64,000 nt of DNA. Origin: Dipteris shenzhenensis (Eukaryota). Shown here piece by piece: positions 49,501 through 61,860 of this stretch. The translations under genes and the position numbers were made by a program. Each line of letters starts with the position of its first letter. Position 1 is the stretch's first letter. Location of the stretch: the NCBI GenBank assembly GCA_047967505.1, contig CM106538.1. One strand, written 5' to 3'. Below the pieces are notes generated by a model. It was not told the origin of the DNA, did not search any database, and saw only the letters and a program-made list of their open reading frames with translations.

Positions 49501-51879
49501 GGATATAGCAGAGATGCCTCAAACTCTCATCATTTTGAATAGAAATGGTAGCAGTTTTAAAGAGCAACCCTTGATATATAAAAATCTTCCTAATTCATGC
49601 TTTTTGTGTGGTCTCTCCACACATGTTATTTAAAATTGTCCCCTAAAGAGGGGCAAGTCTAAGGGGGCTAAGCCCTCTACTACTAAACAAGCTAGCCCTA
49701 TAGAGAGATGGATTCCCAAGCCTCTTGCAATACCATTGAGTACTCAGCAGGAAGATCGAGCCATCAACAAAAACAATGGAAAGGGTAAGGATTCTTTTGA
49801 GACACCTACAACTAAGAAGAACTCCTTTGAACCTCTCAGAGACAAAGAGGATCTGTCATTGTGAGTCTGAACGTCCTTGATTTGTGTCTTGTGCCTTCGA
49901 TTCTTGCTAAAGTGACTCCACTTCTCAATTTTCCTTGTTGTTCTCATGAATGGCCGCTACCCTTTGTTTGACAACCTTGGCCATAGCTTTGGCCATTTTG
50001 GCTTGCCAATGTTTTTGATCCTCTTTGTAGGACACACAAGTGGCTCTTAATGATTTCTTTTCTTAAGACACACAAGTGGCTCTTAATGATTCATTTTCTT
50101 CTTTCAAAACTCCGCCATCCATAGTGAGCTACTCTTGGATATAGGAAGTTCAAAGCCATATAGCACATCACATTGTAAACCTATCAGACTTTCAACACAT
50201 AGTCGTCGTAATATTGAGTGACATCGACCTAGCTACAATTCATGATGTCAAATTGAGTGGATGGGGTCATTGGTACTCTGGATCACTAGTGTCATGGGTC
50301 AGGCTTTGAGTTTTTGGCATTGCATTATGGGCCCTCTCGCTGCCTAGATTGTCTACTCATTTTGGGGCTCACTTTCCCTTGTCTCTTTTGTTGGCTTGGT
50401 AGGCTATGATGTTGGCTGCTTTGTCTATTGTTCTTGCTATTGATGCATTGGTTGGGCTTATTGCTATTGTGCTTTGTTGCTCATTCTTTGCTTCGATGAT
50501 TGGGTTCATCACCTTCAACTCTTCTCTCTTTGGTGGCTTGTAGAATAAGTCATCCAATACATTTAAAGTCGTGTGGCCAATTGGGTCTTCAACTGTTCAC
50601 GATTGCTTAAAACCTATAAGCAAAGGTGCCTTGCCCTCCCTTTGAATTTCCTAACTAAATTTGGGACACATGGTGGTGCTGATCTATGAGGTGACCATCT
50701 TCTCCTAGTTCATTTGTTCTCTTCTCACAACTTTCAAGTCCTTCTGCATTCATTTTCATGGGACATGTGTCCATTTCACTTTTTTGAACAAGAATCAAAA
50801 GAAGATGTTTACCTTTGCATTGTTTAGCTTGCTAGTGGTATGCCTTTGGTGCTATACCCATGCATCATTGTCGAACAAAGCCTCCCTTTGATTATTAGTG
50901 GGTCAAGGGTTACATTATCTGCCTTTAAGAGCTTTAATACACAAGCCACCTCATCATCAAAGATTATGATTGTGCACCCTTGTGCAAAAGGCCTTTGTTG
51001 GTGCATCATAAAAGTTAATCAATTTGATTGCAAAGTTTTGTTCATATGTAATCCATGGTGGTCCAACCCCATGGGGTGCATGGCAGCTTGTGGAATTGAT
51101 CCAACCCCATGAGGTACAACTAGTTCAAAGCTATTATCAGCCATTTGTGGACTGTCAATGGGTTGAGGTCAACAAGCCCCTGTGGCTTTTGGGTCTTTGG
51201 TTTCTTCACCACTAGCCCTCCTTTGGCCTCCTTTTTGTTCTTCCCCTTTGGTGGCTCACTAGCAATTATTGTGGTTGTCTTGGGAGTAGAGATTGATCAT
51301 GGGGCATGGAGGTTGTGGAGATAAAGGAAGATGAGCTCATGCTTGTATTGGAAATGTGAAAAATGAGCTATCCTACCTCAAGTTTTTAATATATGTGTAG
51401 GCTCAGAGTTTCTATTAATGGCTCTTTTTGGCCATCCACTTCCATTTGTTCCTTCTGGACGTCTTTTGCATATTCAACTTGAGCAAATTTGACTTGTGTC
51501 CAAAACACCGCGATCTCTCTTCCATTGATAAGCATTGGCAATTTGTTTCCTTCCAGGTCATTTAACCCATGATAGATGTCACGGATTTTGCTTCGTCGCT
51601 CCCAACAAACCTGTTGTCTGCTCGGACAAATGAATATATTGAAGGCATCGAAGGAAGCAAGGGATAAATTTATAACTCTATATAAACCAAATAATACCTC
51701 TATAATTTTAACACTAAGAAATAAAATCAATCAAATCTTTTGGCACAACAATGAAACTAAACATGCCTATGTATTGAGAGTCAAAGACATCAGTACACAA
51801 CTTTGCAACTACATGAGAGACTATGAAGTTTAATGAAATAATACATCCTTAATGGACTTGGTGAATGAAATGAGAACTT

Positions 51880-53330
51880 ACTTCAACCAATACAAGCCAA
51901 AAAAGGACACTTGGGAAATTCATAATTTTCCACTAGGGAAGTATGCAACTGCACAAAAATGGGTTTACAAGGTTAAGTACAATCTAGATGGTACCATTGA
52001 GAGACATGTAGCAAGACTTGTTGCAAAAAAATTAACACAATAGTATGGATAAGATTTTAAAGAAACCTATGCTTTGGTCAGCAAAATGGGTTCTATGAGA
52101 TATTTGGTTTCATCAGCAACTAAATGTAAAAAATGCATTTCTTAATAGATATTTGGATGAAGAGGTTTACAAGCAACAACCTCAAGGATATGTTGAAACT
52201 AGAAAATCAAATCAATTATGTAGACTAAAGAAGAGTCTCTATGGTTTGAAACAAGCACTTAGCATATTTGATAAATATTTTGCTAATCTTGGATACACAA
52301 AGTCTCAGCTGATGCATATCATACTCTTACTACAAAGTTCGAGGGGAAGATATCACCATTTCATTATTGCATGTAGATGATATGATGGTCATGAAAACCT
52401 CATCAATAATCTAAAATAAGATCTATTTTCTTAAATTTGACATGAAATCTCTTAGATGCATGCATTATTTTCCCAGCATAGAATTTTAAAGGGATTCAAA
52501 AAGCATCATCATGAGTCAATACAAGTACCGTCATTAGAGAAATTACATATGTAAGAATACAAGATTGTAGCTACACCTATGAAGCAAAATTTGAGATTGA
52601 CAAAAGAAAGAGAAAAGCCTTCAATCAATCACAAACACATACATAACTCACTGGTTCATTGATCTACTTATAATCACTAGGACATATATTTGTTATGTAG
52701 CCAACCTCTAGCTTAGTTTATGTAAAATCCAAAATAGACACATTGGAATGTGTTGAGATACATCAAAGGCACAAAAAAGTTTGGAATAGAGTACAAAGTG
52801 AGTCATTCAAATTCATATGGACATTATGATAGCGATTATGCTAGCGATCATGAAACATGAACACGAGGATATGCATTTCTCTTAGCACAAGGTGCCATTT
52901 CTTTGTTATCAAACAAACAACCAATAGTTCCTTTTTCCTCAATAGAAGCAAATAGAGAGCTCTCATGATAGGTGCATGTGGAGCTATATGGCCAAAAGTA
53001 GTACACTGTGGTGCAACAAAGCCAACAACAATATATTGTGATAATCAATTAGCTCAAACCTTGGCAAAGAATTTGGTACATCAGTCAATGACAAGCATAT
53101 TAAACTTAAAATGCAATTCATTAGTGAAAGAGTGCTCAAGTTTTGGTCTACAGAAGGTTGAGTTTGTTCGACTTTGCTTTGTGGTTTAGTAGTAGAGATG
53201 TCAATTGTGCAAGCAAAATAATGTTGTAAATGTTTTTACCAAACCACTTGAAAAGAGCTTTTTGAGAAACATAGACAAGCTCTTGGTTTAACTCAGAGGA
53301 TGGACAAACCCATTAAGGGGGCATGATAGA
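51880..53330 (+). mobile_element. Degenerate copia RT/RNase H with PPT
   Basis: KWVYKVKYNLDGTIERHVARLVAK, QQPQGYV...CRLKKSLYGLKQA and TTIYCDNQLA; PPT ATTAAGGGGGCA followed by TG at ~53312-53325. Confidence 0.85.
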
Positions 53331-54179
53331 GCAATAATAATCAATGCTCTTCAAACCCATAATCATCATCTCCTACTTCATGATGTTGATCTCGAGGGAA
53401 GGGGTTGAAGATTCATCCGAATGTCATGTGTCATAATGAGGTCATAATGTGAATATGCACTAACACATAAGAGTTCTAAAAGCAAAAAAGGATTGGGAAC
53501 TCTACCCTGAACCCTTAAGGTTTAAAACTCACACTCTAACTCTAAAGGGTTTATATTTATTCATTCTTTATAACTAATCTAGTGTACAATTAGTTGTTTT
53601 GTCGTGTGCTCTCTATTTGTGTCCTCTCTCCTCATCTTCACCCTTCTCCTCTTCCTCTTCATATTTTATCAACTCCCTCCTTTTCTCCCTCGCCTACACC
53701 AGTATCGATGTGGTAGTTGGTCATTGTTTCTTTGGATGCTGCCATCATCTATCTCCTTTTTGGATATTTGTGTTGGAATTTTATTAGCCATCATAAGCTA
53801 TATTGCTACCTCGAGGCTTGGTACAAGAAATTCCATATTGGCACTATTGCCATCATCTATCTGGATATTTGTGTTGGAATTTTATAGGCTTGAATGATGG
53901 TATATGCTTATGCTAAAAAACTTTCAAACACAACCAACTCACCGATACAACAATAGGAAGCGATTCGTCACACATAGTGCTCCTAGAACCAATCTTAGAA
54001 ACTATCGCGACTCCACACCCCCAAAGTAACACAACCAAAGCTTGTTTACTTCATGGGATGACTCCCAGGACAAAAGCCTCTCTTCGATCCTACACTAGAC
54101 CAATAACTAAAGATGACATAACAATGCACACCTAGATGCAAATGCTAAATTCATTAACTGAAGATTACACCACTGATTT

Positions 54180-54680
54180 TAAGAGCTTCATTACAGGTCC
54201 TACCTGCCTCCTTAAAGTGGATCTTGTGTGCTTTCTCAACTTTGCCTGCCTGCCTGGGCTCTCATAAAATGAAGCAATACCAAAAAATGGATCGTCGCGG
54301 TCTCTGGAATCAAATATCCACGGGAGTTGATAGTTGATAGAGCTTCATTATAGGTCCTACGTGCCTCCTTAAAGTGGATCTTGTGTGCTTTCTCAACTTT
54401 GCCTGCTTGCGTGGGCTCTCAGAATGAAGCAATACCAAAAAATGGATCGTCGCATGACCATGTCTCTGGAATCAAATATCCACGGGAGTTGATAGGTGAT
54501 TCCAAATTCGTGGTACACCTTAGATACAAAAGCACACGAAGGCAAGCCTTTTGAGTGTGATTTCTTGGGTGCAGATGCAAATTGATAGAGGAGTCCTATC
54601 ATGAATGCGATGTCGAGTCGGGTATTCACTCCTAACAATTGGGTCTTATCCTATCGATGAGTGGCATTTCTTTAGTGTTT
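54180..54680 (-). mobile_element. Copia RT/RNase H junction fragment with a ~157-bp tandem duplication
   Basis: NTRLDIAFMIGLLYQFASAPKKSH (ORF 54393-54638); 54182-54338 is repeated at 54339-54499. Confidence 0.6.
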
Positions 54681-55655
54681 AGCTTCGCTCTCTGACCCCA
54701 TTGGAGTAATTGTGTCCTCGTAATGATCCATCTAAAATTTCTTCAACATCTTCGCATAATATTTCTCCTACGAGATGAACGTGCTTCCTTGCTGTTGTCA
54801 AATTTTGATATTGAGAAAGTAATGAAGCAAACCGAAGTCGATCATATCAAACTGTCTTCAATAGCGTGTTTGCATCTTCAATCTTTTATTTATGGTCCCT
54901 TGTTTGATGATTAGATTATCCACTTACTTAAGTCAGGCAGCTTATACACACGTAAAGCAAACACCCTCTCCACCCTCATCTTGCTAGGCAAAAGTGAAAA
55001 GTTATTTATTGAGAAAATAAAACATGATTTTGAAAGGCTAATAGATATTACCACGTGCAACATAGAGAGTTTTTAAAGAAAATTCCATCAAGCTTTCAGT
55101 ATATTTTGAAAGTATACAACCATCTTCATGCATCTAGCTTTAAATATCTGCATAGCAAAAGTGTACATAATTGTTGTTAGGCACTAAATTTGAAGCTCCA
55201 TGTACAATATGTCAGAAAACCATATTCATATGCTTTTATTCGTGGAGCGTAATGGTAAAAATTTTAATATGCTTTTGTTATGTTTCAGCCTAGAGAGCTC
55301 CTATCCTTTTTGGGGGGGGGGATCTTGCTTAAGTCCCCTGATTGTGGGTCATTATCTGTAATTATCTTCATATCATACAGAATAGAAGAATTCAATTCTT
55401 ATTAAAAAAAAACAAAAAAGCTTTTGTTGTATCCCTCAGGTGGAAGTGCTATAAAAATCATCAAAGCCAGAAGCTGTGAGGCTGCAGTAGGGACGTCCAT
55501 TTTTGTTCTATAATCTGCAACTCAGGATTCATAAGATTAAACCATCTGCAATTTTATTCCAGCACCAGAGGTGTGACTTCAAGCTACGCATGGAGGTTTA
55601 ATCTGTGTCATGTGCGTGCCCTAATCTTCGGGCAAGCCCCCAAAGATCAGCAGGA

Positions 55656-55953
55656 ATGCAGGTAAAGGTTCTCTTCCGCTTGCTTAGCTTTTGTTTGCAT
55701 TTTTTGGGTTTCAGTTCCCACAACTTTTGTGTTTTATGGATGCGTAGGCCAGCGGCGTCGACAACACTTACCGGCGCAAATGGAACAAAGATGAGTATCT
55801 GGAAAGGGCTCGCGAGCGCGATGATAAGGTACGGCTTAGTAGCTGGAGTGATAGGTTACCCAACGTCCACGACACTTGCAGCACATGTAGGCACTGACAA
55901 TGTATTTCCTTTCGTGTGGCAGGAACAAGAAGGGGAAAGGTTTCGACATAAAG
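55656..55953 (+). CDS. ZMAT2: 5' exons of a ZMAT2/Snu23 zinc-finger matrin-type spliceosomal protein gene; the remainder was not found and probably lies beyond the window
   Basis: Exon 55748-55828 (tag|...|gtac) encodes ASGVDNTYRRKWNKDEYLERARERDDK, the conserved Snu23/ZMAT2 N-terminus (GVDNTFRRK.D.EEY.ERARERE in plants). It is flanked by a putative 6-nt coding exon ATGCAG|gtaaag (55656-55661) and exon 55923-55953 (cag|EQEGERFRHK-G|gcaag). Confidence 0.8.
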
Positions 55954-56136
55954 GCAAGATTATCCACTTCTGCTCCATTTGTGGTCGCGTTGATTAGTTT
56001 TACACACCACATTTTTCCTTTGGACAACACCATACCTATGAACAAGTGCGAGTGAAAAAAACGCCTCGAGTGTGATAAGTTGAATGATACCTAGACTCAA
56101 ATAGAGAGATATAATTTCTTCTGACAAGCCATGGCC

Positions 56137-57620
56137 ATGGAAACCATTACTGTGAACCTGAAAGGTTTAAAGCGACTTACCTGTTGGTACCCGCTGCTAC
56201 AATTTACTGAGCCTACACCAATGAGTTGAAAAGAACATCCCACTACACTACCTGATCATCGCCTCATATATATCCCTAGTGCTTGCAGTGTCATCTAAGT
56301 TAATAAGAATAAAAAAGTAGTACACTCCTGGAGAAGTGTAATCTGGAGGCACAACAATGTCAATGAAAAGCTGGGAGCACGGTTTATCGTTTGACCTAAT
56401 CCCTTGACCGGACAAAGTAATGAAAAGAAGGAGTCCAAATTTTGGGACAAAATATACGACGCTGTGCAAGAATATACATTGTGGTCCATCAGGATAGAAT
56501 GACGTCAGCTCAGACGAACTGATTTCTAATTCTATAGTATTCTTCATGAGCTAGAGAGCATAAAGGGACTGAAATGATAGGAGAGAACATGATCTGTATT
56601 TGAATTGTGCATGAAGAGGTGTGTACCCCCTTGCCAAGGTTGTGACCCTTTACACAAGAAGGTGTATATTGCATTGCTTTAGATAAAAGTGTCCCCTTCA
56701 TGAAAGAGTCTCTCCCTATGCAAGAGTTGTAGCTCTTTTGAAGGGTTGTGCCTGATGAAAGGTTCTTTATGAAAGGGCATACCCTTTCACAAGTGTCCAT
56801 CCATCAATTTTTAAAGGTTAGGAAGTGTAGATCAATAGGACCATCGGAAGTCAAAGGTTAGGATAGGAATGAGTCAGAGATCATGACATCCCCATCTATG
56901 CAAAAGAAGACGTAGGTGGAAAAGATAAATTGTTCTAGATTAGAATATTATTGCAAGGTGTCAGAATACTGCTACAGTGTCCTCGTGAGTCTGCCAAGCA
57001 GGGTTGGAGTCATGAAGATCATGCCACTGAATGAGGAACAAAGTGATACGTTGATGCATCTCAGTCTTTGGTGATCCAGAATGAAATAAGAACATAGAGA
57101 ATTATAGGAACATAATTGTGTGGCTGTAGAAGATCTTAATCTCAAGGATGTATTTTACTTCAAGATGGCAAATCTAATTTATAACCAAGTAGTGAGTGTC
57201 TCTTTCAGATCCAAAAAGCTTCATAGTATTGTGGCCGCAGCTTTGGAAACAGAGGCTTTACTATTTTGTAGTAATGTGGAGCTTCGAATAAAAAAATGCC
57301 AGGTCACTTAATAAGCTCTAGATGATGTTTGCGTTCATTGGCTGAACTTTGATAACTCCTTGCGCTAGGATGCCTTGCATTTCTTAAGCTATCTGATCAG
57401 CTAAGGCCACTTTGTGGTGATGCTAGAAATTGTTTACTATTATCACAGTGTATGGATGGGCTACCTGAAAATGTGTCGTACTGATAGCATAGAATTGTTC
57501 AAAACTTCAATTAGTGGGAAATACTTCCCAAGAGGATAGTTGTAATTGGATGTAGTAGCTTCCATGTTATGGGCTGCTGGCAAAATGTGTGGGCTCTTTG
57601 GTGGCTTCAATTATCATCTT
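56137..57620 (+). mobile_element. Highly decayed L1-type LINE ORF2 remnant (endonuclease to RT start) in the ZMAT2 intron
   Basis: METITVNLKGLK resembles the APE endonuclease N-terminal motif (..T.N..GL). Later degenerate traces at roughly the expected spacing: MIGE (~GGDFN), LDK (~RLDR) and EILPK near 57520. Confidence 0.4.
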
Positions 57621-57949
57621 TCTTTGCAGGGGTCTAAGTAGAGCATTGTCACAAAGGAGGGGTTCCTTTTTTTTCCTTTTTGTCATCGTTGTCAGGCAGC
57701 ATTATTCGTATGATGGAGAGCAACTAGCCTGCAACCCACTACTAGCGTTGATCCAACAGCAACATCAATTGTAGGAGGTCAAGATGAAGACCATGTGCAC
57801 CTTTTGTCTTACATTTGAACCAGGGGCAGCGCTGGGGAGACCGTTGTCCTTGTCTATGAAATGCTTGAAACAGTTTGCAACAACTATCAGCCATTATTGA
57901 AGGACACGGTAGCAAATGGCACTATGACCTCATCTAACAGCTGTTTTTT

Positions 57950-60900
57950 TGTAGCAACACGAAGGTGGTGAAGAGCAGAAGTACAGTACTGATAGTCGAC
58001 CAATGCCCCCCCCCTACCAAACTCTCAAACCCCCCCCCCCCCCCCCCAAAACTGCGACTGAGGGAGAGGGAGCTATGCTGCTGAAACTGCTGGCTGAAAT
58101 GCAATGGAAGCTGACTGCTGAAACGAGGGGCCCTTATATAGGGCCGGTCCATGGGCCGACTGGATGTTCGGCTCACCGACCTGTTTGGGTCAGGACAACT
58201 GACCCGACTTGGTTCCTATTGAAGGCTGCCCTTGTATGACCCAATGGGCCCGCCAATTGGCTGCCAAAGTGCCCCAAAAAGGCCTGCAACTTTGATGTGA
58301 TTTGATGGCCGTGCAGTTAGTTGTCACTGCCACCTGTGCCTGGCACTGGTGCATGTGACATCCTCCTCTTCTGAGCTTGTTGCTAGCTGGATACCTCGCA
58401 ACACTTTGCCTTAATGGGGTCACGGCGTACGAAAAATGGGTTAGACCGTGTGTCACAATTCTCCCTAGTGTAGGGGTGCATGTGACATTCCCTCTTGCTT
58501 AAATTCTGGATGATGATAGCTGCTGAGGGGCTGAGTGAATCTGCCAAGTGAACGTGATCTTGATGACCACCAACGTCTGCTTGAAATTTTACTGTCCTAC
58601 CAATTTCCAAAGAAGTAGGGAATAAGAGTTTGGTACTGGGACTGATCTGGTACCGGTCCAAGAGGCTGAGGAACGAATGCTCTGCTATGCTGACACATCG
58701 GCTCAATAAAATCTCTTGAGAACTGGCATTGCCGTGAAGATTGGAAGCCAAAGTGCTGAGGCCAGTCATCCCCCCATGCTACTACTGTGAACTCTTGATC
58801 CTCGGGTAGTATGGCACTCTGATAGGCTCCTGGACATATGAACTGCATGCTATCCTCATGAACTTTTGAGAACTGATTGGTCTACTGATGTGGAGGCACT
58901 GCACTTTAGAGGTCCAATGGCCTGAAACTGGCTACCAATTGATGGCATGCATTCTCTCCAGTGCGGATGATCCACTGACATAGAAATGCTGGTGCTACTC
59001 CAGGGACTGCTGGGGTGATGATAAAGCCGCCGAAGCTAGGCAACAAAACTGAAATCCTGATAACTCCAGAATACTCACATGCACTCCTGGAAACTGTGGT
59101 CCTGCTGTTTGAATGACTATGGTGAGGGAAAGCTGGAATACACCTGCCTTCTCTGCTGGCATGATAACTGTTGAGGGCAAAAACTTTGCCACCCTCCTGG
59201 AATTTGGAACTGGAAATGCCTCCCGAAGAACCTGTGTGATGCTGAGAGTTGCGAAGACTGTAGCTGACTCTTTGAGAAACTCGAAGAGAGATGGATGTGG
59301 ATGTCTCTCTAAGGAGCCCAGTGGCGATGAATCAACTGAATGGGATGCTACGTGAAAGAACTGTGAGATGTCCAGAACTGCTGGGAACCCTCGTCTACCA
59401 TGAATGATTGGTATGCCTCTTGAAAGGAGTGAGAGATGGTTGGCATAGCTTCTTCCTGACGGGATAGTGGGACTGAGCATGTCTCCCTAAGGTACTGAGG
59501 AAGTACTAAGGCTGATGACCACACCTCCAATGAATCAACTGACATCACCAAGGGAAATGTCGGTGTAGGCACTGGTCATTGCTATTGCTGGTGGCTTGCG
59601 ATCTGATGGAGAGGACACTGTATGACTAACCTCCCGGAGTGAAGAACATAATAATGGGAAGGCTTCGTCAACCTCTCTATTGACTGGTACTGCAATTGCT
59701 GCCTCCCTAAAGAACGGAGGAAGGGGAGCTGTGGGGTGAACGGTATGATTATCCTTATGGACTGCCGAGGAATCATCAACCTCCGTACTGCTGATAGCTA
59801 CACTTGCGACTGCAGTTATGAGGGTACTCCTTCTTGCTAGGCCTGACACTGGTTTGGCAAACTTCTAAGACGTCCTCTCCTGCTGAGCATCACGGCCAGT
59901 GGGACTGGAAATTGAGCCCCCTAGTCTTGAAGACTCTTGATGAGAAAGTGAAACGTGAGCCGTGCCGATTAAAACTGATGTGGCCGACTGAGCTTCAAGG
60001 GTGGAAGCCCCATAGGAACTGATCGGAGCTGATGAAGAGGCCTTATGGGTGGAAGAACCGTCACACCTATTTGCTGCATCTGGGGTGTCCCCTTGGGTGG
60101 AAGTTTCGAGAGAACTAACTATGGGGAATAGACAATTCCCTCCGGTAGATGAGCCAAGAGGCTCATCTATGGCAATTGCTGATGGGTCTGAGATCTCTCC
60201 AAGGATGGAAGACCCATCACTCATAGTTGTGAAAACCTTTTGGTCCCTTGCTAAAGCTGATCTAGCTGAATGAGCTCCTGGGGTGGAAGACCCAGAGGAG
60301 CTCACTAGACATGATAAAGCTGTTGGACGAGTAAAAGACCTAGCTGACATAACTGCACGAACTGACTTATCCCCTTGGGTGGAAACTCCATGAGAATAAG
60401 TTGTTGAAGCTGGATGATTCTCGTGGGTGGTAGACGCAAGAGTCTCATCATCTGGGATGGACGACCCCTGAGAGCTGGCTGTGGAAATGGCTGCTCTACC
60501 CCCATGGGTGGAAGACACTGAGGCACATCTTGTAGCTACTGTGGAAACTGAATGGTCCCCTTAGACCCAAGGGAAACCACTGTCTGAGGTCTACCAAGGG
60601 AAACCACTGTCTGAGCTGCTGCAGAATAGGCCATTGAATTGTGCTCGGAGATGGAAGACTCTTGAGTAGATAAAGGGCTGCCTGCTAATGAACGATTTGT
60701 GGGTATTGCGGAAGAATACTCCATCATATTGTGCTTTGGGGTGGAAGACTCATGAGCAGATAATGGACTCACACCGTTAATTGTGGATGAGGAGAGGAAC
60801 TATGAGCAAGACATGAGAAACTGCTGGTGTTGTAAAAGCATCTGCTCTCGGTCTCGCCTACACTGGACCTCGTATGCTACCAAGTCGGCACGACGTCTGG

Positions 60901-61745
60901 ATTGATGCACGGCTGCCTCAAGGCGTTCCTGTTTCAACAGAAGCCGAAAACAGTCCAATGTCGTTGCATCCTCCTTTGTCTTCTTTTCCTGCTTGGGCTG
61001 CTCAGAAAAGAGCCTATTCTGCTTAAGGAGATGATCCTGCTCCCTGAACGCTTGCGTGAGAGTTGCTCTACTGGACGGGTCCATGATGGAAGGCTGGTAG
61101 ACCCATCAACTGCTGCAATAATGAGTCATGACTGCCCGAGGGAAAAATTTCTCCCTGAACCTTGCCTTGCAAGGTGTGTACGATTGAAGACGAGAGCTGT
61201 CCCACCGACGTGCGATGAAGGTTGGGAGGGAGAGGCTAATGGAGTATGGTGCTAACACTAGTCCGGAGTACAGCACCATTATTGTGGGGTAGGGACAAAA
61301 TATAAAATTATACAATATTCAAGACATGCCTTCTCCTCTGTTAACAGAGTCCCCATAACTAAGCTCTGCTGCTAGGACTCCCTCCCACTACTTCAGATCG
61401 AAAGGAACCATACTGCTTTGCTACCAATGTAACATGCAGGGACTACCTGAGCAGAAACATAGATGGAATGTAGAAAGAGAACTCAAGCATGAGATACACC
61501 AGAGATCTTTCTAACTATAGGACACTACTTTATTCATACTGATGGCGTAAATGCCCTGACTACTGCTGTACATGGTTGCCGAACTGGCATACAAAACTGA
61601 GCGGAAAACCCCCCCTAACTGTGACTGAGGGAGAGGGAGCTATGCTGCTGAAACTGCTGGCTGAAATGCATTGGAAGCTGACTGCTGAAATGAGGGGAAA
61701 AGAGCCCATTATATAGGGCTGGTCCGTTGGCCGACTGGCTGTTTT
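57950..61745 (-). mobile_element. Non-autonomous LTR element carrying a broken Ser/Thr-rich ORF
   Basis: 3' LTR 57950-58457 (TG...CA) with PPT GGGAGAAT at 58465-58458. PBS TGGTAGCAAAGC at ~61426-61415 next to a 5' LTR starting at 61428. The two LTRs share a ~135-bp TATA-containing block (~58040-58170 vs ~61610-61745). The 5' LTR is truncated on its right side. Confidence 0.65.
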
Positions 61746-61860
61746 CTTCAACACCGCACACACTGTACTACACCGACATAACTTCACTTACCGAGGTGAG
61801 CCAATGGAGGTAGTGCAGTCCTACACATCCCTAGGGGTAGTCTTCACAAGGCCAGTCTTA
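61741..61860 (+). mobile_element. ~120-bp LINE reverse-transcriptase fragment
   Basis: Translates as VFFNTAHTVLHRHNFTYRGEPMEVVQSYTSLGVVFTRP, resembling the C-terminal RT motif of non-LTR elements (..G..LEVV.SY.YLGV.F). Confidence 0.6.

Larger units (their letters stand above)
39775..51400 (-). mobile_element. Probable old Ty3/gypsy host element into which the Athila-like element inserted
   Basis: PPT plus LTR start TAGGGGGGAG|TGTCAC at ~41010-40995 and a protease-like remnant IKGRLCSTMMHGYST near 50850-50900. Boundaries are uncertain. Confidence 0.3.

Noticed and set aside
60000-60755. CRISPR-like repeat-spacer interpretation of the GGGTGGAAGAC motif or of the 30340-30910 repeats
   Set aside because: Repeats are short and degenerate with irregular spacing, there are no cas genes, and the context is eukaryotic.
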